From Octopus bimaculoides (Eukaryota), in the NCBI RefSeq assembly GCF_001194135.2, contig NC_068986.1, forward strand, positions 98,004,215-98,039,496: DNA of 35,282 nucleotides. The letters are read 5' to 3'. How positions within the stretch are numbered: position 1 is the first letter of the stretch; each line of letters opens with the position of its first letter. The notes under the pieces are model-generated. The model saw only the letters and a list, made by a program, of their open reading frames with translations. It was not told the origin of the DNA and searched no databases. The translations under genes and the position numbers were made by a program. Shown piece after piece: positions 1-11,960 of this stretch.

Positions 1-840
1 AAAATGTTGAAAAGTTCAAATGTTCATAACAGTCAATAATATAAAAACTGTGGATCATTCCGACAAGAAATGAATATCATCCAAGCTTCAGCGGTACTGA
101 TTTCAGATGGAGAAAAACAAGGTAGAACGGAAGATAGTAAAATAAGTGGGGTTGGTTTACAGTTTCGGTGCCTTTTTTCTGTCGTGTGCAGGAACTTTCG
201 CTTGTAAAGGCGTTTATTGGAATCCGCTGTATTTATAACTTTTCCGCGAACGGTTCTGATTTTTGATTCGTTGAAGTCCTGGTGACATCTTATTTTTCTG
301 GTGGTCAAGTTTGTCGTTCTGCCTGGTTCGCTTCCTTGTTTGGGAAGGGTCATCAACATTTCCAGTGTTTTCCTTTCTAAAGGATATTCAGCTGCGGTTT
401 ATATTTTTTCACGAGTATGCTTTCCTTATTTAAACGGAATAGTGTTGAAGTGTTTTCGGTGCATTGATAGAGAGGGAAGATTTGGTATTTCGGATTTATA
501 TTTGCGGGGCATTGGTGTAGGTGTTTGCTTTCGGGGATTTTCCTGGTCGTGGGGTCTCGGACCTGTTGCTGTGTACCGTTGGTTTGTCCTTTAAGATTAA
601 ACTAATTTGACCTCTGTTATCTCCACCACATCCTCTACATTTGAGAATATAGATTACGTTCTTCGATGCACCAGTGAAGTGATTCTTTTATGGTAAAAGT
701 TTGACCTATAGTTAGAGTGGTTGCACTTTTTGACTAGTGGGATTATATGTTTGGTTGGTAATTTGGCGCTGGAGAGTAACCTTTTTAGGGAGTGCGGTTG
801 TCTCTTGCTTTCAATAATCCTATGTGTTTCCAGTGCCTTT
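1..840 (-). mobile_element. Penelope-like retroelement 3' fragment (linker plus GIY-YIG endonuclease C-terminus, frameshifted) with downstream sequence
   Basis: Minus-strand translation of ~839-377 gives KALETHRIIESKRQPHSLKRLLSSAKLP...VKKCN, FTGASKNVIYILKCRGCGGDNRGQ (degenerate VIY..C..C...YIGQT) and TVH/QQVRDPTTRKIPESKHLHQC...KYQIFPLYQ...RLNKESILVKKYKPQLN*. This is the typical PLE C-terminus. Including 1-376 is an inference. Confidence 0.8.
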
Positions 841-875
841 TTTCATTCGCAAGAAATCACCAGGCCACACTCAGT

Positions 876-945
876 CCCCAGCCGACCAAGTCGTTTTGAG
901 TGTATTTCGTAGACGGTGAGTATGTGGAAGGCTGTTGTATATATA
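876..945 (+). mobile_element. Degenerate internal fragment of SINE family A
   Basis: gccgaccaagtcgttttgagtgtatttcgtagacgg resembles the minus-strand reading of 19870-19910 (ctcaccaaagccttgtgagtggatttgatagacgg). Confidence 0.45.
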
Positions 946-1189
946 CTTGCGTGTGTATAAAACATTCGATTGATCCAGAACATTAATGCAATTTTTGCCT
1001 GAAGAAACGAACTCATATTATAATGGTTCCCATTAAAAGCAATGGTTATTGCAAATCACACTTGTAATTTCCTATGAATGGCGAATGCAGCCACAAAAAC
1101 CACCTGCGTTGTGGAAATGTGCGTGGCAATAGACTAAAGTATTTATCAATTTAAATTCCAAAAGTCCTCGTTATTATTTTTATGCGCGC

Positions 1190-1232
<43 letters not shown>
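1190..1232. repeat. (TA)n microsatellite
   Basis: Direct inspection. Confidence 0.98.
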
Positions 1233-1235
<3 letters not shown>

Positions 1236-1365
1236 TTTCACTAGTTGCAGGCATTTTGCCTGCGGCCATAGTGGAGCCCAGCTTCAAGTGTTTTAGTCGA
1301 ACAAATCGACACCAGAAATTATTTCTAAAGCCTAGCACTTATTCTATTCGTTTCTCAGGCCGAAC
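1233..1365 (-). mobile_element. SINE family A, 3' fragment
   Basis: Aligns with 19631-19750 through shared blocks gaacaaatcg..ccag and aagcctag(c/t)acttattcta. Confidence 0.7.
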
Positions 1366-1371
1366 TCGCAG

Positions 1372-1958
1372 AAAGAGCATCGAGCACACTTCAAAACAAC
1401 TAGCGTTTTGATTTTCATTGATCCCATGCGGTACCCATTTCGAGCTTTCTCACCTTACCAATTTTCTGCACATTGCGTAAAACCGTTGTAATATTACACC
1501 ATGTGCCTCAAACATTTCTCTGACACTTTAACATGGGTTTCGTTCAACAATCGCTTTCAATTGTTCATTGTCAAGACGGCATGATCGTCCTATATCTTCT
1601 TCATCTTCAAGGCTCTCATCACCACGATGGAATTTCTGACACCACCTTCATACTCTGCGATCGCTTGTGGACCCTTCTCCCCATGCTCTGTTGATATTGG
1701 TAGCAGTTTAGGAGGCATTGTGCCCAAGCTTCAGTTTATGCAAACAAGTAAGCGAAGGTATTTCTTTGTCATGTTCATAATTAAGGGTGCCTATGCTTCA
1801 AGAATGTTTTCTGTCTGAAATTAGTAGAAAATTATTAAAGAACATACATCAATTATTAAGTATGTCGAAATTCACCTAAAATATAATTAAAATACAACGA
1901 TAAAATTGCGTTTCAAAACACAACGCTTTGAGTGGCCATTATTTTCGAAACAACCTAA
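1372..1958 (-). mobile_element. mariner transposon, 5' half (TIR plus N-terminal HTH region, pseudogenised)
   Basis: Minus strand begins TA|ttaggttgtttcgaaaataatggcc, a Hsmar1-like TIR. Translation gives KLGHNAS*TATNINRAWGEGSTSDRRV*RWCQKFHRGDESLEDEEDIGRSCRLDNEQLKAIVE...WVPHGINENQ, which includes the mariner WVPH(EL) linker motif. Confidence 0.9.
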
Positions 1959-2826
1959 TATATATGCTCACAAGCATACATGCATACATTTGTATGAATG
2001 TGTACATATTTTATTATGTGTTCAACAACACCATAATCAAAAGACAACTTCAAATACAAGTTAAAGAGATAAAGCAAATAACGTGTTCATATTTATTAGT
2101 TTAACAAAGAAACTATGTTGTCGGGTTGTTACAAACATTCACAAATAGAGAAACACAGATACGTATGTGTATGTCTGCATATATGCATAGATACAATGAC
2201 TTGCCTTCATCTGCATTGCAGTGGAACTACGAACGTTATTCCAGAGATCACAGCAAAACATGTTGACACATTTTAGTATACATAACATTATAAAAGACAA
2301 AAACTATTGAAGACATAAAGCAAACAGTGTAAAGTCATGTTAGTCTGAATAACTGACATGATAATTTTCCCAATGTTTTGTTTCGAACAACCATCTCGGA
2401 GATTTTCATCTCTGTCATTCAATTACAAATCATATATATATATACGTGTGTGTGTGTGTGTGTGTGTACCAAATAAGCACATTAATGTGAAAGAAGGTAG
2501 GGAAAATAGTACTCGAATACCGGATGTAGAGTAATATGCTTTATTATTAAAGGTGCAAAATCATCGCAAAAATATCACAAAACAAAACTGCTACTTAGTT
2601 TTAATTTCATATATATCACCTGTTCTTAAAAAGACCGTTTGTTGAAAAGACTAATGAAACAAAACCAATTTTAAATGCGCATCTGTCAATGTAAATTGTA
2701 TATTTATACATGTAACATTAATTTTTTGTTCCATTCCCAAACAACGAACAAGAAGGTGAAAGTCTGACTAGCAGTTTTTTTGTGATATTTTTGTGAGCAT
2801 TTTCGAGCTTTAATAATAAAGTGTAT

Positions 2827-2830
<4 letters not shown>

Positions 2831-2873
<43 letters not shown>
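2831..2873. repeat. (AT)n microsatellite
   Basis: Direct inspection. Confidence 0.98.
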
Positions 2874-2876
<3 letters not shown>

Positions 2877-4329
2877 CTATTCCAGCTGTTGTTGTCGACA
2901 AGGACATAACATGGAGGTGGAAGACGGGGCGCGGTGTGTTCGGTTGAGACCAATCTGTCCGATGTGTACATGGAAACCTCTGCTTCAGTTCAGGCACTGG
3001 TGGTCTGTTGGGACTGAACGTACACACATATGGATGGATGGATGCAAGGATAGATGCATGCACCTATGTATGTAAGCATGTATGTTTATACTTTTAGCCA
3101 TCTGTAATACTTCAATCGAAAGCTATGAGATTGTTTTGTATATGATGTCCATCGTCCGACCTTTACACGCTGCTAAATGATTTATGCAAATTTAAACCAT
3201 CTTATACGTACAAACACATAGTCCTAAATCACATTTTCAATGTAATACACTGTAAATAAGATATCAACTAGTCCCTCTACAAGACTCGAACGATATACAC
3301 CTTATACTAAATATATGATGCATAAATCAGTCACATGTAATTGGAATGTTTCAACGCAAGGGACTAAACGCGTAAATGAAACGCTTTATTTGGGAAGTTG
3401 TTTGTCAATCCTTTGCATTACGTTATTAATTCTATCACTTCATAATTGAAGCTGTAGTTGCTTTTTTTCCCCGGTAGCTAATCATTCTTTTATACCGTGA
3501 AGAATCCCTGTGAAAACAAACATCTAAATGTCAACATTTACTTGAAGACTACACGAAAATTCATAAAATTTGCTATTTACAATTCTGAAATAAAAATCTC
3601 TAAAGCATGTTGTTGTTTAATTCCCACATCACATCTGACAATGTAGCAAACCTAAAATCTGACCTCCTACCCAAAATTAGTCTATCCAAAAATAGTCAAT
3701 CAAATGGGATTTTGATATTGTTAAGAGATAAAAATGGTTTGAGAGAACTTTATTTATCTACTTTTTGCATCTCCGATGATCACAAAGAAGTTACTCTTTA
3801 TCTGCTTTCATGTTGTTAAACCGTGGCTGTCCATGTTATGTCTATTTCATTAGAATGATTCGTCTTTTGATTTTGTTGTCGAATTTCAACCATGACCTCA
3901 CTTTGAACTTGTAACCAAACTTTCCAGCCTTAATGGCCCTCCGTTATTCCCAATCATTCTAAGTTGGATCATATTGAATCTGTATTTTCGTGCATATGCG
4001 CGCGCGCGTGTGACTGAAATAGTATTCGCTAGGAAATTGATTGTTGTGGCTTGGTTTTGCATAGTGACCATCGCTTCCTCACAAAGGTGAAGATATCGAG
4101 TTTTATTACTCAAATTATGTGGGATATTTTTTATGTTTCTCACATCAATGAGAGAAGCTTAGATTGATACCCAGGCGGAATTACAATAAATTACAAGAAC
4201 TTTTTAAACTGTACAGAATCTTATTAAGATCATTGTTGTAGTTGTGAAAAAACCAGCCAGCTCTTGACTGATCACTACAGGTAGTCGGTTGAACAATTGT
4301 AGCTGCTATTCTATATTTGCAGCTCAATC

Positions 4330-4610
4330 ATATATCTCCTTAGCTTACTGCCATACAGTTTATTCTAGTGGGCAGTAGTAAAACGTATGTGTTGCAGTAT
4401 GATAGTCCGGACATGTTGCACTTGCTTCCTTTTTCACTCATTGCGTTTAGTTTCTTCGTTATGCTGTTTTATAGTTGTATAGTCTTCGACCGTTCCATAT
4501 GTTGTATATAATCTCTAGTCACGTCCACTTGTATATTGTATATCGTCTATGATTCTGCTTTGAAGTCCTGGTGATCTGTTTTTTATATCAGTTAGTGTCA
4601 ATTGTAACAC
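4330..4610 (-). mobile_element. Possible Penelope-related relic
   Basis: An exact 15-mer ttgaagtcctggtga occurs at 4560-4574 and at 271-285. The minus frame reads LTLTDIKNRSPGLQSRIIDDIQYTSGRD*RLYT. Confidence 0.3.
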
Positions 4611-5379
4611 AAAGGAACTCACTCTTTATTTTTGCACGTGGAATAACCATGTAAGAGCTCCCCCTGCCTCATGAATCATTACAAAGTATCTTTGAATTGA
4701 TGAGCATGAATCTAATAGGCTGACGGCAGACATGCATACAATTACAAAATAGTGAAAAAATTACTATCAGTTGCGTTTTCAAGAAATATGTTTGTTTAAA
4801 TGACAAAAATATCTGCTACATCAGCTTAAAATAATTTCCAATAATAGCAAATATGTCAGAAACAAATGTAACAACGTGATAATAAAAAATTGATGAGGAC
4901 ATTCAAACTAGTCAAAATTATTATTTATGGCGTCATATCATATTTATCATATTTTGTTACATCTTAATAATATCGTTTAACAATAGTTACAGGTATTCGT
5001 TACAGATGACAAATGACGCACTGCGCATACGTCATTATCACAAAGAAAGCTGTATGATAATCATAGTGTCTTCTAATTATCTTTAAATATGAATCACTTA
5101 ATAACGTTCGAGAAAGACGATTCTGTCAATTAAAACAATAATCGCAATAACCTAAAATATAATTTAAGAAATGTCTATAGTATCAATGCGTCGAAAGACG
5201 AAGGGATACTTAATATTCCATCATAAATAAACAACCGTTCGGTTCCCTGAGGCGAATAAAACTTATATACATAGATAGAAGTGTGGTTAAGATGAGGATT
5301 TGCCAGCAATTGAGGTTGCACAACGTTGCGTTGTTAGCAAAGGGCTTTGGTTGCCTATTTTTTCTAATATAAATACTGT

Positions 5380-5648
5380 AAGTGAAGGTATTCGGATCAT
5401 GATCATAAGGTTCAACCCCCAATGGCACATTTGTATTTGAGTAAGACACTTTATTTTACGTTGCTCCAGTGAACTCGGCTGGCAAACATAAGTTATACCT
5501 GTATTTCAAAGAGTCAGCCTTAACACATTCTGTGTCCCGCTGAATCTCCCCGAGAATTACGTTAAGGGTACGCGTGTTTGTCACGAGCTGGCTGTTGTGT
5601 TGATCGGATCAACTAGAACCCTCGTCATCATAACTCATAGAGTGCCAA
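5380..5648 (-). mobile_element. SINE family B (body plus CORE-like 3' module)
   Basis: The reverse complement aligns with 8144-8318 (ttggcactc...gatccgatcaac...tacccttaacgta.ttctcgggga...tttgaa.tacaggta.aac). It continues with ctggagcaacgtaaaataaagtgtcttactcaa, also seen at 13383-13420. Confidence 0.75.
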
Positions 5649-5845
5649 TCTAAAAAAATACAGTGTACAGTGGTAATGTATAGAATGATGTATTTATAAG
5701 GCTGTGGCACGCAATCATTTGTAAAGTGTCTACATACAAGCACACATACATACCTCCAGGCATGCATACATCGATACACATAGACACACACATACATATA
5801 TATGTATGAGTGTGTGTGTGTATGTATCTGTTTGTCTTTATGTAC

Positions 5846-5846
<1 letters not shown>

Positions 5847-5910
<64 letters not shown>
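5847..5910. repeat. (TA)n microsatellite within a CA/TG-rich tract
   Basis: Direct inspection. Confidence 0.98.
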
Positions 5911-5916
<6 letters not shown>

Positions 5917-7717
5917 GACACACACAGATATATGTATTTCGATAGTTAATATTCGTTAAAAAACATAATATCATCGTATATACCGTTATTTTATATACGT
6001 TTATGTGCAGCAAAAAAATGAGGCTATCTCATTCACATTACACTTTTCATGCAATCGAAAGAAGTGTATTGCTTGTTTATGTATAGCATGCAGTTATATA
6101 ATCAAATCTTGTTAGACACAAAATAAAAGTGAAGCGAAGCAAACCCATATGAAAATATTTAGTAGCAATGTGATCTTAGTATTACTTATGGTGTAAAGAT
6201 AAATACCAAAATTATATTTGCCGTTGGTAAAAAATAATGGCCATCCCTACAGATTTGGGACCTCCCCACATTTTTCTTGATATCTTCACGAACAAGGGGT
6301 ATTTTTAATGATATTTCCTACAAATACTTTTGAGATGTTGTAGTTTTCGATTATATCGTAATTTGTTGTAAAACATGTTTTCTGAGTGGTAGGGAGATTA
6401 ATTTCAACAAATTCACATGAGTCGAATATATTTCGTCATATTTTTCGGAGAAATAGATAATTTTATACACAATTTTTCTGCATACTTTTTAGTGTGTGTA
6501 GATAACGATTATATTGAATTTCGATGAGAAAAAAAAATTCGTGAGCAATTTTGGCGAAAATACTCGTACAAATCACATTTTTTTTTTCGAAATTTCAATT
6601 TTCATTTTTTAGATATATGCGGTGTGTTTGAGTATGTATATATGCAGGCCACAATCTTTTTTTCATACTAAATCCGATATAATCATAGTGGATACACTTT
6701 GAAAGGTATTTACAGAAAATTTCATTTAAAAAAATCACTTTTTTCAGCAAGTTAAAAGGAAACGAAGCCGAATCATGTGAATTTTTTTCTTCTTTTTTTA
6801 AAATACCTTTTTCTGCCCTTGGATAAAATATATATTTTTACCATAAATTCCGACATAATCGAAATGTACACCATTTGAAGCGTATTTATACACAATTTCA
6901 TTAAGGAGTATCCATTTTTTTTTTCTGGAAGTGATGACGAAACAAATTCGCGAGAATGGGTACAAATGAAATATTAATTCTAAGTAGAACGCCGGCAAAG
7001 CATGCAACAGTTGATAATGCAAATTTTAAAGCAGACTATTGTAGGATGACATATAGCAAAGCAGTTGTTAATTGTACAAGACAATGAAAGTTGAAAAAGA
7101 CAACGACGAACAAATCAAGATTATTGTCTGAGAAAACAAGAACAATGAAACATAAAGTGGAATAGAAGTTGCTGAGATATTGAAACATAATTTGTACCAA
7201 GCAGTGATCAAATGACAGGTTATTTCTGTTCACACATGTGCAGGAACTGTGGTCCTCTCATGAACATTTCACTCCGGCCGGGGCCAGTGAGTTTACTGCG
7301 TATAATTGCTTGCGTTACCGGAAGTTCAAAATACACATATATTTTTGAAAGTTGCATTGAAGATATATATATATATATATTGAGAACGAAAGAGAGAGAG
7401 AGGGGGAGAGAAAAAGAAAAGCAGGTGTGAGTTTATGGTTTAAAAGTTCAGTTTACAACCTCTTAATATCTGATTAAGTCTCGATCTTAGCCTCAAATTG
7501 GCAAGACAAAAACTATGTGGTGACTGTCATGCAATAGCCAGCTGGAGGGTCTAGCCGCATTTAAGTGGCAAATATACTTCACGTTGTCGTGCAGTTACTG
7601 TTTATACCTCGTTCAGAGATTTAACGTTGCTTATATATATATATATATATGTGTGTGTGTGGATATGTGTGTGTGTGGATATGTGTGTGTGTGTGTGTAT
7701 GTGTGGATGTGTGTGTG

Positions 7718-8103
7718 NNNNNNNNNNNNNNNNNNNNNNNNNNNNNNNNNNNNNNNNNNNNNNNNNNNNNNNNNNNNNNNNNNNNNNNNNNNNNNNNNNN
7801 NNNNNNNNNNNNNNNNNNNNNNNNNNNNNNNNNNNNNNNNNNNNNNNNNNNNNNNNNNNNNNNNNNNNNNNNNNNNNNNNNNNNNNNNNNNNNNNNNNNN
7901 NNNNNNNNNNNNNNNNNNNNNNNNNNNNNNNNNNNNNNNNNNNNNNNNNNNNNNNNNNNNNNNNNNNNNNNNNNNNNNNNNNNNNNNNNNNNNNNNNNNN
8001 NNNNNNNNNNNNNNNNNNNNNNNNNNNNNNNNNNNNNNNNNNNNNNNNNNNNNNNNNNNNNNNNNNNNNNNNNNNNNNNNNNNNNNNNNNNNNNNNNNNN
8101 NNN
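7718..8103. other. Assembly gap (N) after a (TA)(TG) microsatellite
   Basis: Run of N. Confidence 1.
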
Positions 8104-8143
8104 TCTAGCAACAGGTTTTTTTTTTTCTCACCAGCTGTTGTCG

Positions 8144-8446
8144 TTGGCACTCCGTCGCTTACGACGTCGAGTGTTCCGATCAACGGAACAGCCTGCTCGT
8201 AAAATTAACGTGCAAGTGGCTGAGCACTCCACAGACACGTGTACCCTTAACGTAGTTCTCGGGGATATTGAACGTGACACAGTGTGACAAGGCTGGCCCT
8301 TTGAATTACAGGTACAACAGAAACAGGAAGTAATAGTGAGAGAAAGTTTCGGTGAAAGAGTACAGCAGGCTTCGCCACCATCCCCTGCCGGAGCCTCGAG
8401 GAGCTTTATGTGTTTTCGCTCAAGAAACACTCTCAGCGCCAGGTCT
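8144..8446 (+). mobile_element. SINE family B (body plus alternative 3' module)
   Basis: Body homologous to the reverse complement of 5492-5648. A further fragment lies at 22560-22600 (-). Confidence 0.75.
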
Positions 8447-8580
8447 ACGAACTGCTTGAACCGAACGGTCAATGCCATTCAAGAAAAAAGACCTAATCGG
8501 CATTATGGAGTTTTGCTCATATCGCAAATATGACAAAGGGAGCCATTCAAACGCATGGCTGGGAAGTGCTGCCACACCCA
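8446..8580 (+). mobile_element. mariner transposase catalytic-domain fragment with internal deletions
   Basis: Reads YELLEPN/TVNAIQEKRPNRHYGVLL/IANMTKGAIQTHGWEVLPHP. This matches the mariner pattern YELL..TVN..(HDNARPH)..GWEVLPHP(PYSPDL) with the HDNARPH segment deleted. Confidence 0.8.
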
Positions 8581-8599
8581 CAATTCTTTGTGGCTTCCC

Positions 8600-8828
8600 A
8601 ATCTCTTCTGAAAATATCAAAGGAGAGTTCTCTAGGAAGAAAGAAAATAGGACCAGGAAGATCGCCAGTTTTTGGTTCCAAGACATTAAGGACTGGACAG
8701 GATTTGACTATGCGACTATTCTGTGTGTGACGGAATATAGGTATCAGGGTTGATCGTTGACTTTCAAGGATTCTAGAATGATAGTTTAATAAGTGGCTTC
8801 ATTAGCTTAGTGAATATGATGATGATTT
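8600..8828 (+). mobile_element. RTE-clade LINE 3' end with short (GAT)n tail
   Basis: Reads RKKIGPGRSPV/FWFQDIKDWTGFDYATILCVTEYRYQ, matching the RTE C-terminus (GR.R..W.DNIKEWTG...). It is followed by atgatgatgat at ~8817-8827. Confidence 0.6.
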
Positions 8829-9019
8829 CAACTTAATTTGAGAACAGTATAGATGTCACTCAGGTGGACTGCAATTATAATTCGAAGGCTCCGCTTTTCA
8901 GGCCGATACGTTTTGGGAATTAAAATATGGTTACCCGCGTCTTTGGAACACTGAACCGGCTAAAGCAAAGAATAATTATTTCATTGTTCTATCTTTCGCT
9001 CCCACTCTCTCCGTATCTC

Positions 9020-9061
<42 letters not shown>

Positions 9062-9589
9062 CACACACACATTTGTCTGTGTGTCTGTGTATAGTTTCCA
9101 TTTTGTTTTATATTTCATTATCTAACCTAGGTTGTCAGGTGTATTCCTTTATCTAAGATGGCAGCTTGTGATTGACTAGCTATATGGCTGCTATTTCTAG
9201 ACTCTAGTGACAAATTGAATTCTCATTAATTGGCTCCAAGTCATGAAAGTATTTTGGTACCATATTGACTTGAAAACGTCTGAAGTGATATCGATTTAGA
9301 ATATATGTGTATTCTTGAAATATAGTCTTCTTTAACCAGTTTTCAGCTCTACTTTAACATTAAGTAAGGCATCTGGGAACTTATTTTGAGAAACATTAGT
9401 TGCACTAGTTTGACAGTTTGCAAGTGATTAAGTAATTTACTTTACCATCGCAGAACTTCGTATTCGAATTCACTCGGTGTCAACTTTAGCACATCGTTTG
9501 TACCATAGTCTTACTGACCTACTTAGCATAGAGAAATGGTTACTGATATTGTTAACTATAAAAAAGAGACAGAAATATGAGGGGATGAC

Positions 9590-9820
9590 AGAATGCGTGA
9601 AAGAAAGAGAGAAATGAGTGAGAAAGAGAGATAGAGAAAGAGAGAAAGAGAGAAAGATGTGAGACAGACAAATAGACAGGCATACTAAGAGACAAACAAG
9701 GAAACAAAAAAACCATATAGAGAGAATTGAGGGAGGAAGTGAGATCAGAGAGAGACAGACATGCATACAGACGGATAGACTAATAGAGAGATATCCAGGT
9801 AAAGAAGGAGTGAGACAAAC

Positions 9821-9859
<39 letters not shown>

Positions 9860-9892
9860 TAGAGAGAAATAGAGAGAGAGAGAGAGAGAAAT

Positions 9893-9954
<62 letters not shown>

Positions 9955-9960
9955 GGGGGA
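9590..9960. repeat. Long imperfect (GA)n polypurine tract
   Basis: Direct inspection; the core (AG)n runs ~9820-9955. Confidence 0.95.
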
Positions 9961-10469
9961 GACACCAGAGGAACAGAGAAAAATTAGTGACAGACTGATA
10001 GAGAAACAGCGTGAAATATCTAAACAAAGAACTGTTGTACCACATCATTCAGTTGAAGAAAATGCGAAATTTCATGTATTCTATCTATAATTTCCATAAG
10101 AATAGATGATTGTTTTGAAAGGAGCTATACCATGAGTCCAACGGAATGGTATAATAAAGACACAGAAATCACAGACCAAACAAAAACAGGATTGAATCTT
10201 TTCTCGTATGTTAGGTAAAATATAAGTGTGTAGAGGTAGAACATTTCTAAGGAGTAGGAACAGCCGCAGTGGTTAGTATAGGTCAGAAGGGTACAGAAAG
10301 AGAGTTAACTTAATAAGAAATGTATGAGATGGGATGGCAAGAGCTCAGCCATAGCACATTATACTGAATACTGTCAGGAGAATTCAAAAGCATATTTTAG
10401 ATTGCATCAATTATTTCGTCCACTGATTGTCACCCATAAATAACTATTACTCATTTAGGCCCAAGGGTA

Positions 10470-10570
10470 GTAATTGTGAGGAAAGAGGTTAATCGACTAC
10501 ATTGATTCAGTAATTGACAAATAGATAACAGATTAATGTGACCTTGTTGGAATATGGACTCAGTAAGTAA
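10470..10570 (+). mobile_element. Degenerate SINE fragment
   Basis: aatcgactacattgattcagta...gaccttgttggaatatggactcag resembles a cephalopod SINE segment recalled from memory; not verified. Confidence 0.35.
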
Positions 10571-10761
10571 AAAGCACCAACCAACTTCGAAAACCATTGA
10601 TTTTTACAAAACAATTCGCAGTTTTCACATTTATTCTTACCGTATGACATATCGTACGCAGAGCATAGCAGTTTTCTGTTTTATAAGAGTTTAGGGATAA
10701 AGAAAATGTCCTTTTACATATCTTTATTGAAAGAAATTACACTAAAATCCATTAATATTAA

Positions 10762-11960
10762 CGGTCATTATGACGGGAAATAGTTTAGTTTATACCTTTA
10801 CTGATGGTAAGCAACAAAACATGTATCAGAATGAAACCCAACATTAAATTTAATACATACAAACTTTATATATTATCCACATACTGCACACCTCTGCAAA
10901 TCAGTTTTGTTGACCAAGTGGTTTTTACGATCAAATCTGTTTCAAGAACTCGTTTCATTATTTCAGGACGGACTCCTCGCTTTGGTTCTAACAATTTGTC
11001 TGATGAATTCCAAGAGAGAATTGTTCTTTTTAATTTAATGGTACAAGATCCATAGACTCCCCCATGCTACCACTGAGGCAAAAGTGAAACCAAGCCCAAT
11101 ACCACTCTTTTGATAAAATTCAAATTCTGTAAAATCCACTCGCTTTGCCAAAAAGATCGACTCGGCCCGTTCGCTTGTGTTACAATATTGGGCTGTGGTA
11201 CAGTAAATTGATTTGTTTCAGTTTTCTCCTATCGCTTGCAACTACCGACTTCAAACAGAAGTTTTCCTTTTGTTCATATCGTTCCACCTAACAAGAATAA
11301 TTCCATTTGCTTGATCTTCAACTGCGCAATATGTATTTCGCTAAGAATTACTTAGGTCCTCTAATGGTGCCTGCTCAATTCGGTCTTTCCTGATAGTTCC
11401 AACACAAAAGAGACACGCGTTTCACAACGACTGCATCAAGGGTAAGGAAATGAAATAATTCTAACAAGAATGAAATAATTCTCCATAAAGATGCAGACAC
11501 CATGAGGCAGAGAGTCTAAACAAAGGCTTTCTGCTACGGAAGATCCAACAGGTTTTCCTGCCTCTTTATCTCCTGCACCAGTATACGGATGAAATCTAGT
11601 CAAATGCGCTTTCTTATTAGACACCAAAACTTAAATCCAGGACGGGGAGGCTTTCCTCTTATAAACTGCTTCATTCCGTGGTGCCCACAGTAAGGCTCAA
11701 TTGCCTTATCAAGAGAGCACAAACTTACCGTGTATAAGGCTCACTCACCAGATCAAAATGACTACTGAACGAAAAGTTCACTGCAAAAATGTCCAATAAA
11801 ATTATGAGCCCCGAGTTGCCAAATATCGCAAGAGAAATTGTTAAAGTTTATATAGGTATTGCTTTTGAAATGAAAGGCAGAGCGCTAAGAATTTTAAAAT
11901 TATTTCTCTTTGGCAAGCTTTTCCGTCTGATTCATCAATCGTTGGGCACTAACAGATTAA
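10762..11960 (-). mobile_element. Decayed piggyBac-superfamily transposon (PGBD2/PGBD3-like), frameshifted transposase
   Basis: Minus frames give SLDKAIEPYCGHHGMKQFIRGKP..GFKFWCL (D1), RFHPYTG...IFMENYF (D2 changed to E), CVGTIRKDRIEQAPL, NGIILVRWND, VPQPNIVTQ, GRVDLF, YRI*ILSKEWYWAWF, SLLEFIRQIV and RFDRKNHL..QRCAVCG*..VCIKFNVGFHSDTCFVAYHQ* (Cys-rich domain, stop 10798-10800). TTAA is at 10758-10761. Confidence 0.92.

Noticed and set aside
55-110. Possible hammerhead in the PLE downstream region (minus strand ctgaagc...tcggaat)
   Set aside because: There is no CUGANGA or GAAA core and no convincing stem II.
6230-6980. AT-rich segment with a non-autonomous DNA-transposon look
   Set aside because: I found no TIR pair, TSD or second copy.
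7318-7325. ETS-like CCGGAAGT motif near a short GC-rich patch
   Set aside because: A single 8-mer without TSS evidence is insufficient to call a promoter.
11070-11130. PDZ-like KSGIGLGFTF peptide on the minus strand
   Set aside because: It is an off-frame reading of the piggyBac SKEWYWAWF segment.
11724-11790. Strong-looking minus-strand splice sites
   Set aside because: They lie within the piggyBac coding relic just upstream of the D1 motif, so they are likely incidental.
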